This document shows positions 10,579 to 24,042 of a stretch of DNA of 64,000 nucleotides, one piece after another. Source of the DNA: Lingula anatina (lineage: Eukaryota; Animalia; Brachiopoda). A model generated the notes under the pieces. The model was not told where the DNA came from and searched no databases. It saw only the letters and a program-made list of their open reading frames with translations. The DNA lies in the NCBI GenBank assembly GCA_051362555.1, contig CM120646.1:6138001-6202000 (forward strand), written 5' to 3'. Position 1 is the stretch's first letter. Each line of letters begins with the position of its first letter. Made by a program: the position numbers and the translations under genes.

Positions 10579-13500
10579 ATGTACAACAGTCGTTTCAAAG
10601 CCGATGATCCGTTAGCCGGCGCATCGAAATCCACGAAATGGCGCCTGAGAAAGAAAATGCGACTTGATCCAGACCCTGATTCCATCCAATGCGACTCTGA
10701 CGAGTCTGAGATCGACCACGCAAACGATCATAACACAACGTAAGAATTCACAACTTTAGTTTTCCTGTGTTTTAATTTAGTCCGTACAAAGGAATGATTT
10801 TAAAAGCAAGATTAATGGCCCTTCTGTAATTTGGCAGTGAACTGTAGAGCCAATATCGTTGTCCTACATTGCAAACTAAATGACTGCAATAATATACAAT
10901 ACACTGTTTTAAAATACGGTATTATTTTACTAGTCTATACATTTCGTTTTAACGAGCTTTTACATATTTTCCTCAGTTTTTTTTTTTAAAGAAATTGTTA
11001 AATTTTTTTTATATAGTTTATCTATAATATATTTTAATGCAAATTCCCGTAAACTTATATTTTTGACACTCTAGAAATTATATATACATGTATATATATA
11101 TATATATATTTTTTTTTTTTCTTTTTCTTTTACTTTTTAATTTGCAATATGTAAATTATCTGGTCTATGAAAAGATTAAGATAAAACCTTATACACAAAT
11201 CTTAACGTTTCAAATGACATTTTAAGCATTGTAAAACTTCGTAACAATCTTTTTGTTTCTGTTTCATTAAACCCCCTGAAAATTCCAGATTTTTCGTCTG
11301 GCCATTTGTTCAGATTTTAGGAAAGCCCAGTAATTTCCTGTTTACAGGAAAATGGCGCTGAGCTTGTTTATTTTGTCTCAGTTAATGTTTTAGAAAGGCA
11401 CAAAAAAAGTCCGGTCAAAAAATCATACTTTTCAAGTGTTTGAGAGAATTTTTGATGGGTATTTTTTCCTGCCCTTTCTTGAGAATAGCCATTGATAATA
11501 GTTTTAGATGCAATATCAATTAAAGAATATTATGAGTCATATTTCTTCCAACATTTGTTTTTTTTTTTCAGTGAAAACACCACATGTGCCTCAAAAGCAC
11601 ACTACAATAGTCGATTGAAAGAGGATGATCCCTTTAGAAGCGCACCCAAAACTACAAAGTGGCGTTTGAAGAAAAAAGGTGTGGATAGAACTTCTGATCT
11701 GTTGGAAGAAAGAGAAGAACATGCCCCTCAGTGCAGGATATCAGAACAGTAAGATGATAAAATAATTCCTTTTTCTCTTGAAGATTTTAAAATTGTACAA
11801 AAGCTTTGAAAATTGCTTATTTGATGACATTTTGTTTTCTTTCAACAGTTTATTGCTGTTGAAAATAAGTTGTTTAATATAATAATAGACAAGTACATAT
11901 ATATACAGAATTTTTGAATGTTGACATTTGGTATTCCTGTTAATTCGTTTCAACTCTAGCAGCTTTGTTAAAAAAAATCAAATATTTTTTTGTCTGAGGT
12001 ACGTTTAACCCCAAGAGCAATAAAAATAACTCAATCAAACTTAATGTTTTCGTTTTAGAAATGCATTTGTGGATCAGGAGTTAACAGATTATGAAGCAGA
12101 CATCAACTTTGAAGAGAAATCTTCATCTTCAAAGAATTGTGATAGTGATGAAGAAGTTAAGTTCAGTTATGCAGAGGAAAGTTCTGTATGGTTTGAAGAT
12201 GAAACCGTAGAACTGCCTGATGAAACTGTCCCCCAACTTGATTTCACTGATGGTAGTGAACCAGTTTACAAAGGATGTTCAACAACAGTTGCTCAAAGTG
12301 CTCTTTTGATCCTAACATTTGCTTTGAGGCACAATCTTACTGGTGAATGTTTGTCTGATTTATTAGCATTAATTGCAGTTCATTGTTTGACAACAAATGC
12401 CATCCACTCTTCTCTGTACAAGTTTAGATCCTATTTCTCAAACCTGAAGTCACCTTTGGTATTTCACAGGTATTGTACAGAGTGTGAATATTCACTAGTG
12501 CAGGAGTACCATTCATGTCCAAACTGTAATGTAAACTTGAAGGAAAACAAGAACATATCATATTTCGTTGAGATTCCATTAGCACAGCAGATACAAAAGC
12601 TTTTTGAAAGGAAAACATTTCATCAAGATCTACACCATAGACACAGTCGCAAAAAGAAAAATGCAAATAACTTTGAGGATATTTATGATGGCCATTTGTA
12701 TAAAACTTTCTCACAACAAAATGCATTTCTGGACAATCATAATAATATATCATTCATGTGGTACACTGATGGAGTACCTTTATTTAAGTCTTCCAAAGTT
12801 GGCCTTTGGCCATTATTTCTGTCTATAAATGAATTGCCGTACCATGACAGATTGAAACCTGAAAATTTGTTGTTTGCCGGTTTGTGGTATGGTAAATCAA
12901 AACCATCAATGTCAGTCTACCTTGAACCATTCTATGAAAGTTTGAAAAAACTGCGTGAAGAGGGAATTAGTGTAAATTGTGAGCATTGTGCAAAATCTTT
13001 TGTTGTTAAAGGTATTTTGTTGTGTGGTACGTGTGATTTGCCTGCAAAATGCTTAATGATGAACATGGCTCAGTTCAATGGTAGGTTTGGATGTCCTAAG
13101 TGTAAACAAGAAGGGGTTGTTGTGAAAACTGGAAAAGGTCACACGAGGACATTTCCTTTTCAAGAAAATTCTATTGATGGTCCAAAAAGATCGCATGAGG
13201 AGTTCATAGAACATGGTGAAAACGCCTTCACCTCATCATCTTCAGTATTTGGTGTGAAGGGACCATCTTGGTGGGTGAATATTTCAGCAGACATAATCAA
13301 TGGAACTGCTATTGACTACATGCATACAGTGTTGCTCGGAATTGTCCGTCGGCTTCTGAAACTTTGGTTTGATCCAAAGTTTTCATCTGAACCTTATTCT
13401 GCTTCACGATTTGTGGATATAGCTGACAAAAGATTGGCATGTATTAGACCACCATATTTTATCAAGCGCCATCCACGAAGTATCAAAGACCATTCTCAAT

Positions 13501-14525
13501 ATTGGAAAGCTTCTGAATGTAGATCGTGGCTTTTTTATTATTCAGTACCTGTCTTATTTGGTGTTCTGCAGAAAGAATATTTTGAACATTATCTTTTGTT
13601 TGTGGATGCAATGTTCATTATGAATCTAGATTCAATTTCACCAGAGGATCTATTACATTGTGAAGAGTTGCTTATCAAGTTCAGCTGTTTGTTTTCTTCA
13701 CTGTACGGTGTGAGTCACATGTCAGCAAATCTACATCAGATGTTACATTTACATGATGTTGTAAGACAATTAGGTCCATTATGGGTCTATTCATGCTTCT
13801 CATTTGAAAGTATGAATGGCAAGTTGTTGAAACTCTTTCATGGAACACAGTCCCCAGCTATTCAAATAGCAAATGCAGTTTCTACTCTTATAAAGTTACC
13901 AATTTTAGAGCAAAATATTGATACAGACACTCATTCTCAGAGCGCAGTTTCACAACTGTATTGCAAACTATCTTCTGCAAGTGATCGGCACAAAATTACA
14001 GAGACAATCTGTGATGGTGTACATGTAATTGGTGCAAAACATTTGCAAACCATTGAACCCAAATATTATGCTGTAGTTGCTCAAACCTTGAAAACAGCAC
14101 CAACTAAATGTTTAGTGTTTTACAGACTTATGATAAAGGGAGTGCTATTCCACTGCCGTGCACACAAAATTGCGTCAAGAAATTCGTACACCGTACTTTT
14201 TAAACTTGGAGGACATTTACAAACATTTGGTCAAGTAGTTTTTTACACGAAATGCTGTTTTACATGTGCCTGCAAGGATGGTTGCAACAAATGCACGCAC
14301 TACTTGGCTGTTGTGCAAACAATTTCTGTGGAAAGAAACATTTTATGCACTGCTGATGCCATTGTTACACCAAAACTTGACAACATTGTGGTTGGTGTGT
14401 TTAACAATGAATATGTAGCCATCCCAGTGACAGACATTTTGGAGCTTTGTACATTTGTGGACCTCAATCGCAAAGATAAGCGAGTGTTTATGTGTCTGCG
14501 CCCCAACAAAAAGGAAATTGACTGA
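10579..14525 (+). CDS. EnSpm/CACTA (Transposase_21/TnpD-like) DDE transposase, 934 aa, 3 exons
   Basis: Exons 10579-10739, 11572-11748, 12059-14525 join in frame (2805 nt, phase-2 GT-AG introns). Motifs: CxxC..CxxC zinc finger (CTEC..CPNC), DIYDG, WYTDGVPLFKSS...LWP, CDLPAK, FNGRFGCPKC, DYMH, WKASE, HQMLH, GPLW..SCFSFESMNG. Confidence 0.93.
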
Positions 14526-14944
14526 AAAAAATGAATACACCTATCATTTGAACTTGAAAAGAACTAAGCACTGTTGTATAATTGCATCACTGACTTAATA
14601 CATTTTTGAAACTGAACCAATTTTTAATATCTTTTTTTATGTACAGACACAGATGTGTAGCCTATTTTGTGCATTGTTATTTCTGCTTTTTTCTATTTTT
14701 GATGGTAATTCAAATAAAGTACTTTACAGAGATTTTTACTGTGATTATATTTATTTGTGTTGTATGTGTAAGTACGTAACTAGTAAACAGCTAGTAGAAA
14801 ACGTGTGTAGAATCATATCCTTGTCCTTGAATTATTAAAAATATAATATATATATATATATATATAAATAAGAAAATCAAAGAATATATGATCCTCTAGT
14901 ACTTTCACCTCTTTCTAGAGGCTCATCATATTAACATTTTACCT

Positions 14945-15377
14945 CCAAGTTTGCAGAAATTAAAATTCCCAGATGCTTGTTCAGATTTCCTAGCTTGCAA
15001 AACTTCATGCAAGCTTGCAGAAAGTGTCATCACAAGCTTAATTATTAATTACAAGCTTGAATAGTGTTCTGTAAGCTTGCAAAAATATCTTGCATGCTTG
15101 CAGAAAACCTCCCTGACCAACTGCAAGCTTGCAGAGTGTTCTGCAAGCCTGCAAAAATATCATGCAAGCTTGCAGAAAGCCTTCATTGCCCGCTGCAAGC
15201 TTGCAGAGTATTTCGCAAGCTTGCAGATCAATTCTGCAAACTTGCAAAAGTATCTTGCAAGCTTGCAGAAATCCTTTCTAGCCTCATGCAAGCATGCGCA
15301 AGCTTCCAACTTGCTTGTAACAAGCTTGCGAAGGGTAAAACTAGCTTGCCACAAGCTTGTGACTAGCTTGTTGCAAG
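14945..15377. repeat. Right subterminal array of palindromic GCAAGCTTGC motifs
   Basis: Copies at 15009, 15051, 15071, 15092, 15123, 15143, 15164, 15195, 15215, 15236, 15257, 15288 and others. Spacing cycles 20/21/31 bp (72-bp higher-order unit). Confidence 0.95.
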
Positions 15378-15577
15378 GAAGTATTTTTGTTTGGGTAGAC
15401 ACCACTTCTCATTAAAACTCTTTCTCATTAACTAATTCACTGTAATACATTAATCACTTTCAAATTCTAACTACACTTTCACTTTCTGGCTCTTCTTTTT
15501 CATCTGCTACATGGTTATGCCACTTTCACTTAACAACTCTTCTTCTTCACCCTTTTACAGCAAACTACAGCACTTAC

Positions 15578-17677
15578 CACTTTCAGTTTCCATCTCTCCT
15601 TCATCATCATCATCATCATCCTCAACCTTAGAAGCAGCAGCCCCTCCTTGTCTTGACTTTAACTCTTCAAGGAATGCCCCATAAGTTCTAGGCTCCCATA
15701 CAACGAGGTTAATATACTAAAACAAATAAACAAACTGTAAAATTTACCTGCATTGCCCCTGTTAACTTCATTCTTTATATCCAATATAAATCTTATTAAT
15801 GAAACTTCCTAAATAGATTGGTTCTAAAAAGATAATTCTACTGCATATGTTTTCAACTCTCAGCAAGTTATACCACCAGATATTACAAATTAACTCTATT
15901 TTCCACTGTTTATTTTTATTTATTTTTTTCTAACTTTTTGGGCATATAAAATTATCACCCAAAATCACAAATACAATTATTTTGTTAAAAATTCATCAGA
16001 AATTACTAATATGCATTTTAACACTATATTTAAAATGATATAGAATCATTGTGCATTTCAGCTGCCATCTTATACAGTATGGTTAGTACATGTACCACCA
16101 TCAGCCACGAAAGCTTAATTACTTTGATAATACTGTGTAGATCAGCTGAATCTCCGCAAAGTCATCAACTGTTTTAAATTTAAAGGGATAACAACTGTTC
16201 ATTTTGGCCAAAAATGGATTTTTTTCTAATTTTTTTTTTGTAATATGGTCTTTAGAGATTATTAGAGTGTAGCCATCTATGGAGGTCATGTGATATGTGA
16301 TGGCAAGTGCAAATTCCAAAATAATTGCGTTAACTGCTGTTTTGGTGGTAAAACAGAATTTGTTATATTTCTGTGAGTAGTTTACAATGTATTTATTGTA
16401 GAATATGGATATCATATGAACAGTTGTTATCCCTTTAAGTCCAGTAATAGATTATATAAAAAAACTTCATCCTCACCTTGACACTTGACTTTGCCCCTTC
16501 TCCACCAGCAAACTTCATGATAACATCAAACATGGTTTTGGCGACAAGTGGAGGTGGGAAGTGCAAGCCACCACATCCTACAGATGGGAAACTGATGGAT
16601 GGATGCTTTGACTTGGCAGCCATCTTGAGGCATTCTTCCACCATGGCACGGAGAGTCTACAAATTAGGAATAGTGTGTTGTGCATTTGGAAATAATTTGA
16701 GAAGTTTGTATAATTTAGATGCTTCTCTGCCATGGATCTAGTAACATGACATAAACATAAGGAGACAGATCATTTATAAATGAAAAAAAAAAATTGGCTG
16801 CCTAAACCTCTTCCAGCTCACACACAGAAAAAAGACTTCCCAATTAGAAAAAAATTACTGTACCTTTCCAATTTACATAAAACACATTAGCAGGTATAAC
16901 AGATGAAAAAAATGAAAATCCAAACTGTTTGTTGAGGTTTGCACTTAGTAGGCAATAAAAGCCAGTTCATTGCAGTAGTTGAGACTCAGCAATCACAATC
17001 TGTACACCACCTCCTCAGATCATGAACAGCACCGTTTTTTGGTACCCTCTACCAGGGTGACAGATTGATTTTTTCACAGATTTTCACAGATATGTTTCTA
17101 GATAAATAGACAGTTATTTTGCTGTGTGTGGCTTTTTCCGTTTTCCCTATATCATCTGCCACCCTGGTGGAGGGTAGTTTTTTGGTGGCATTTGGGGAGG
17201 AACACCAGAACACAATGTTTAGTCACATCTAGAACAGTTCTGTCTAACTGAGAATCACCAAACACAGTGTATGGCATACCTTCTCATGTCCTGGCTTGTA
17301 TTGCTGGCAAACCATATGGTAAACTTCTTTGCAGCTTTCAGGTAACTTGCCAGACCTTGCAGTCACTTTCACTTCACCAAAATTCCCAGGGGCCTGGGCA
17401 CTCAAAGCCTAAAGGAATGGACACAATTTCTGTTGGTAGTTGGCATGGTTTCAGGTAAAAACACTAAAATTGCATCTGGAATTGTGTTTTCAATCTAATG
17501 TAGCAACAAACTGTGTATACACTAACATCAAGTATCCAAAATATTCCAATAACTTAGGAAGATTAAAAAAAATATGTCATTAATCTGGAATTGATACAAA
17601 AATTTACTATTTTATTGACTTAATTTTCTGTAAGATTCAGGATATCAAAAGTGATCCATTTCACCTTCCCCTCACCT

Positions 17678-17712
<35 letters not shown>

Positions 17713-18739
17713 CATGCATGTACTCACAGGTGTGCGCGTGCACATACACACCCACACAAGCCTTTATCAAAAAATACAGAGTACTTGTCCCCCTCATAAC
17801 ACCATGATCCTACAATGTATGTCATAATTTGTGGGCATGGGCACTCCACAGTTAAATCCACAACAGGGAGGTCTTACCTTTTCTAACTCTTCCCCAGCAG
17901 CATTCAGAAATATCTTGGCCAGGCCGTACTGTAAAGTTAACTTCTCTGTGACAACATTGACCAGTACTGAAGACTGAAAACAATAACTGATATATATATA
18001 TATATATATTTGGCTGCAAACAATAAAATGACTATAATGAATGGGAAGTGAACCTACTTATATATATATATGTATAGGAAATATAGATTATTAAACCTCA
18101 TGTTAATTGAGATCCAACTGAAAAACTATGTGTACATATATGAAAATGCAAATACATATGAAAATCACGTGCAGCTGTTTAGCAAAATAAACATGCATTA
18201 ACCCTTCTTTGTATAAATTTTAAAAATGTTATTTTTTTTAATTCAAAATGCAATGTTATGATAAAGAATTGATTGTGGCTACTTTCATTCGATTCATTTA
18301 CAGTTGGTTTTTCATCATGCCAAAATGAACGATTTAATTGATCAAAATCAAATAAATAAATCAATAAATCCTACCCATCTATCCTTGGTGATGTCTGCTT
18401 GAACAAGGGTAATCTTTATGCCACCTTCCACCAAGTGAAGAGGTGCTTTTTTAACTTGTGGTGTTTTCACTTGTTTTGTCTCTGGGACCTCATCTTTCTC
18501 TGCTTCAGCTTCAGCTGGTACTTCAACTCTTCTTTGATGAAAAACTGCGTGTAGAAACTTCCCTAAGCTAAAATGATAGATATATTTAGAGCAACAAAAT
18601 TTTGTTAAAAAAGAAAAAAAAGGGTCATATTAAATAAATATAAAATCAAGCAAGAAAACATGACCAAATAATGTTTATGTAGGTAACAAAAAAATATGAC
18701 ACGTACATGTAAGTTAATATGCAAGTACATTTTTAGGAG

Positions 18740-18786
<47 letters not shown>

Positions 18787-21700
18787 CTCTACTAAGGAGC
18801 TGAAAGACATTCCACACCTCATTATGTCCTTTTGCTGTCCAGTTGCCTTTTGCTGTCCAGTAGCCTTTTGCCTTGGCTTCGCCTGAGGAGGCTGAGGCTT
18901 TTTCTTAATTCTTGTTGGCTCCGAAACAGTAGAGTCCGGTCTCTGTGTGGCCTTGACCTCTAGCTCCACATAACACTGGTTGTCTGAACCAATGGTCTTC
19001 AGGAGACTTGACCCAGTGGTTTCTTGCAAAAATTCAGTCATACCTGATATATCAAAGTAAATTCAACTGATTGTTATGAACTTGGCTGTGATTTGTTGAC
19101 AAGTTTCATCACGTCTGTACATTAATTTCCACAGAAAAGTGCAAATCCTGTATTCAACAGCTTGAAAATTAAAACTAATATCAGGGCAGCCAATTAATAT
19201 TTTCTATGCTGACAGTTACTGTTTAATCGATGGTGCCAGTACTTAAGTCATAAATGTAAGAAAGTGCATTGTGTTAGTTGTTCTTGGATATCAAAAGAAT
19301 GAATTGTGAGTTATGCTAGACTGTTTTCTGCACTACTTCATGATAATTGTGCACGTAGAATGAAGGACAATCTTTGCATGCACACTGCGCTGTGCTTTGT
19401 AATGTGACCGGTAACATTCGACAGCCATGGGAATCACATAAATAGACAATAATTAATACTCAATCACCACAACAGACAACAAAAAACCTACTTCAGCACA
19501 GTGCTTTGTTGTGAACCAGTAGCCTACCGTTACAATAAACATTGAAATCAAAAGCATGCATACCAATCTTACTGACATCCATTTTTGCTGAGGTAATGGT
19601 CCTGATGAAGTCTTTGTCAATGGTTTCTTTAGCCTGCCTCACCAGGTCTCTAGTTCCCCGCAGGACTAGTTTTCCTTCCTCTGGTTTGATGTCAAATGAT
19701 ACTCGGAGTACAGGGTTTTTGCTATGTAACATAATATGAGAACAAAGGGTTAATATGACAACCCTGCATGCTAGTTAATGTGACATAAGAAGACCTGATC
19801 AAAATTCATCTGTCATCTTCAATAAGTACACTCAAACCCTAAGTGTTTTGACTTGAATATGCGTTTTCCATACAGCCAGCTATATGCTTGCATCACAAGA
19901 TTTTTACTCACCTGTTAAGCATCTCAAGAGTGTCCCTAATTTTGTTCTTGATCTGTGGAATACTCAGGTACTTCAGTTCTCTTTTGCCAGCTGTGAGTGC
20001 ATCGGTAACAATGGCATTCACTTCAAAATAGTCTTGCACTGCCTTCAAACTCTCTTTCACTTCTTTCAAAAATCCTAAAAGTTAAAATCTTCCAACAGTT
20101 ATTTTTTGCTTTAACAATTTTAACAATTTCTCTTTATCATTTATTTAATGGCATGCTCTAGTTATAGCATCTAAACAAACCCATTTTAATGCTATATTAT
20201 ATATATGTATTTAGCATACATTTGCACAGTACCTTCAAATATAATGATGGCTCTGTCTACAGTAATAACCACTAGGTGGCGACTCTGCAGGTCTTCTATG
20301 GCCTTCTGGAATGTGGCTGTTGTCAGCATTCCTTGACTGTCTGAATCAACATCATACTGCTCTTTGTGCAGCAGGGCCAATAGCACAGATGCTGCCTCCT
20401 CAGCATTCTTCTCACCTTTAAACACAGAAAAAGTCTAAATTGATGTCTGTACATTAATCTTTTATTATTGGTCAATTAGATCCAAATTTCTCTGACAAAA
20501 ATTAACATTTATTACAAATTTCTATTATATACAATAGTAATTGTGAGGTTGCCACTACCAGTGGATCACAACAATATGGCGACAATGCAATTCACTTGTT
20601 AAAAGAACCAACAACCTTAATGAATCACACAATGTTGCTAACCTAACACAATGTGTCACAACTTACACAATATATCACACCTCACAATTAGCCACAAATA
20701 ACTTGTCACATATAACAAAATGTGTCAAACTTAGCACACTATGTCACATCTAACACATTATATGACATAACACACTATGTCACTCCTAACACAATATATC
20801 ACACCTCAAATATTCATGTCACATACAATACAATTTTTCTCACCAAACACAATGTCAATGGCCTGAAAAACAATGATTGTATCTAACACAATGTTATACG
20901 GTCAGCACTTTGAGCAGTAAATTGGTACTCACCAAGTGCAGTAATTGCTATTACACTGCCACCAACTTTCCAAACAACATCAATAGCTTTATTCTCAAGG
21001 GCTTTGTTAATTCTGTCTGCAGCTTCTTTCTTTTGAAGCAAGTCATGCAAGGGCAGAGATACAGGTGCCATCTTTTCTGAGACCTCCTGCGAAAAAAAAA
21101 CATGCTGAGCCATTATAAACTAGACAGCAACCCTGACAAATATACAGACACTAAAAAGAACAAAGTATTATCCATTACTCCAGTCTTATGTAATCAGGCA
21201 TATTACAGCAAGTTACAAAATGGTGGCATCTTTTGCAATTGCCTGCTTCTTTTACAACGAGCTTGTTATTTTTCAAAATATGAATCCACCCATCAGCAAT
21301 ATCCTGGATCCACCAGTAATGCCCTGATTAAGAAACAATTATCCAACACGTCACTCACCGATCAAGGAGCACTTACAGAACAAGAACCACTAATATGTGT
21401 CAACTCTATAATATTTGACATTCATAACCAACAACACTTGCCTGCAACTTTTCATATGTTTTCAAAACCACGTCCCTGACGGCTGACTCTGTCCCCTGAT
21501 ACTCTATGATTCCATCTTCTTTAAAACCTGTCTTAAGGGAGGGTGACGCTGTTTCTGCCCAGAACCCTAATTTTGACAGGAGTTCCACTTTTGACTTTGT
21601 GCTCTTGATTGTTTTCTGGGTTTCTTTTTCTTTTGGTTGCTGTTGCCCTTGTGACTGCTGAGCTGGTTGTTCATTTTGAGCAGACGACACTTCCATTCCT

Positions 21701-22706
21701 GATGTCTTTTCTTCTTTAATGTCCTTATCTGCTATTTGATTAGCAGGTGGCTTTGGGGAAAATTGCATAAAAGGAGCTGGGTTTTGGAGTGAGCTTTTTG
21801 GGGGAATCGATGTAAGATCATACATAGAAGTTGACTGCCAGGAATGATCTTTGGAACTGTCACCAGAGGGAGTTGGCGGTCGCTCCGATGGGAGGGGCAC
21901 TATATTGTCATCTTGTGATATTTCACGTAATGGCAGCACCCTCACACCTATTACAAATAAAACAAAAATGGCAATTGAAAATGAGGTACTGGTAAGGAGT
22001 TTGCTGGAAAAATATGTATTGCTGCTATAATTTGCAGCAAATTTGCAAGAACATATATAAAATTCTTTTGTGTACATTTGCAAGAAGAGTTTTGGGAAGG
22101 CCTGATATTTTGCTAAGGGGGCCTACATGTACACCATTTCTCTGAAAAGAAATAAACAGGTTTTTATAAACATGTCACACTTGAGAATTTGTCATTTTCC
22201 ATAATTAAAAGGAAAACAAACAAATAATATTTTAATCAATCTTATTATTTTTCAACATCCATATTAAACATTTTGAAGGCAATTAAATATCCAAGCAAAA
22301 TTGCAGCAGCATGCTTGATGACATCCAGTGCAAAAATTCCATACACAAACCACATTAGTACTTAAAACATATCAAATGGCTGCAAAAGTCTCAGATATTT
22401 TATAGTAACATTAAAAGTTATAAGATTACTCAAAGTGTGATTATAAATTAAATGTGGTTGAATAACAAATGTACTGATATAAGTATAATATATGCAAACA
22501 TATCGGGGGCATCTTGACAGTCCGAAGGTTGATTGGTCAGAGGGTTCATTGGTCCAAAAAATGGTAACATTTTCATCATTTTTTTTAAATCAAGGGTTCA
22601 CTGGTCTGAAGGTTCTACAGTGAACATTTGGACCATTGTTATGGCCCCAACATATCTCTCCTCTTCCCTGGCCCTAGGATACTATTGTAATGTATATATT
22701 CTGGCG

Positions 22707-22768
<62 letters not shown>

Positions 22769-23968
22769 ACGTGTGTGTCTGAAAAAAACGTGGTAGGACA
22801 TACATGCATCTACATGTACATGTACTCTGGTATACCTGCAAAATGTACCTCCTGAGAATTCTTTAATTAAAGTAAAGCATGATGCACCTGCACCATTGCA
22901 ATGCATAACAAGAAAAAGTCTAAAAAAAGCAACCGTTAATCAGTAGCCTTAGGGTGCTTTCCCAGAGATTTAGATCAATCTAAAGATTAAGTTTTAGATT
23001 GACCTAACTCCCTGGGGGTTCAGGCTAAATTGCAGTCAGCTGAGCGGACACCATAGTTAATTACCCCCTTACAGCTTTTAGTAGGCGGGACAGACGCTTA
23101 AGCCTGCGAAGCTGACAGTAATCTAGTGAGACTCCCCACAGGGATAGATCGATCTAAAAATCTATGGAAATGGGGTGTTAGCGTTAAGCCGTAAACATGA
23201 AAATGAACCTTTTTGCTGTACTATCTTCCTCAGAACTTCCCCTGGAGGTTTGGGTGGTAAGGGGGGTGGAATGCGGGTTGGGGTTGTTCCCTTGGTCATC
23301 TGACTGGATCCTTTAGTTCCCGAAGAAAATGGAGAAAGGGTGAGCAATCCATTTTTAACATCAATGCATCAGCATACAACTATATTAACTTATCGTGTAA
23401 ATCAAAGCAAAACAAATAAAAACAAGAAGCTCAGAGAGGTCACTTTAAAGGCCAGCTCCTCCTGGGAACTGAATTCCCTGGTACATTTACAACCCCCCTA
23501 GTCATCTGTTAATATCTTTGTCAAATCCTATTTAGTCTAAATATGTAACAAGCTGGTGAGTATGTACTAGTATGAATTATCATTTTACAATATAAATGTG
23601 TTCTATTACCAAATTTGGACAAATTTCTCTGTCTCCTACATGCTGTGAATAGTAAGTAATAGACATTTGTGCCTTCTCTCTATGTACAGTGTATATGTAC
23701 ATGTATTTCAACCACATGACAAGAATGACGGGGATAAGTTATATTATCTTTCAACCACTAGATCATACAAAAACCTATTAAGATATAATCAATCCAACTT
23801 CAATGCCAAAAATCAAGACTGACTTTCAGAGGTCTGTGTTTATTTTGAACCTAATTTGATCTTAATTAAAATTTTCATTTTTGCAATTTTTATATTTCAA
23901 AAGTTCTAATTGAATTCACTAATTTATATGTACAACTTCAATCTTTTGATTGCAGTTTCACATAATTT

Positions 23969-24042
<74 letters not shown>

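Larger units (their letters stand above)
483..15395 (+). mobile_element. Full-length EnSpm/CACTA (CMC superfamily) DNA transposon, ~14.9 kb, two-gene, apparently autonomous
   Basis: Perfect 13-bp TIRs: CCCAAACAAAAAT (483-495) and ATTTTTGTTTGGG (15383-15395). TA flanks both sides (481-482, 15396-15397). GCAAGCTTGC subterminal arrays at both ends. Intact EnSpm-type transposase inside. The same degenerate intronic minisatellite continues on both flanks. Confidence 0.93.

Noticed and set aside
15748-15810. Possible 61-nt exon (AG...GT) in the PARP-like gene
   Set aside because: It would break the frame and leave a ~30-nt intron. The flanking exons already join in frame (SSVK|YINLVVW).
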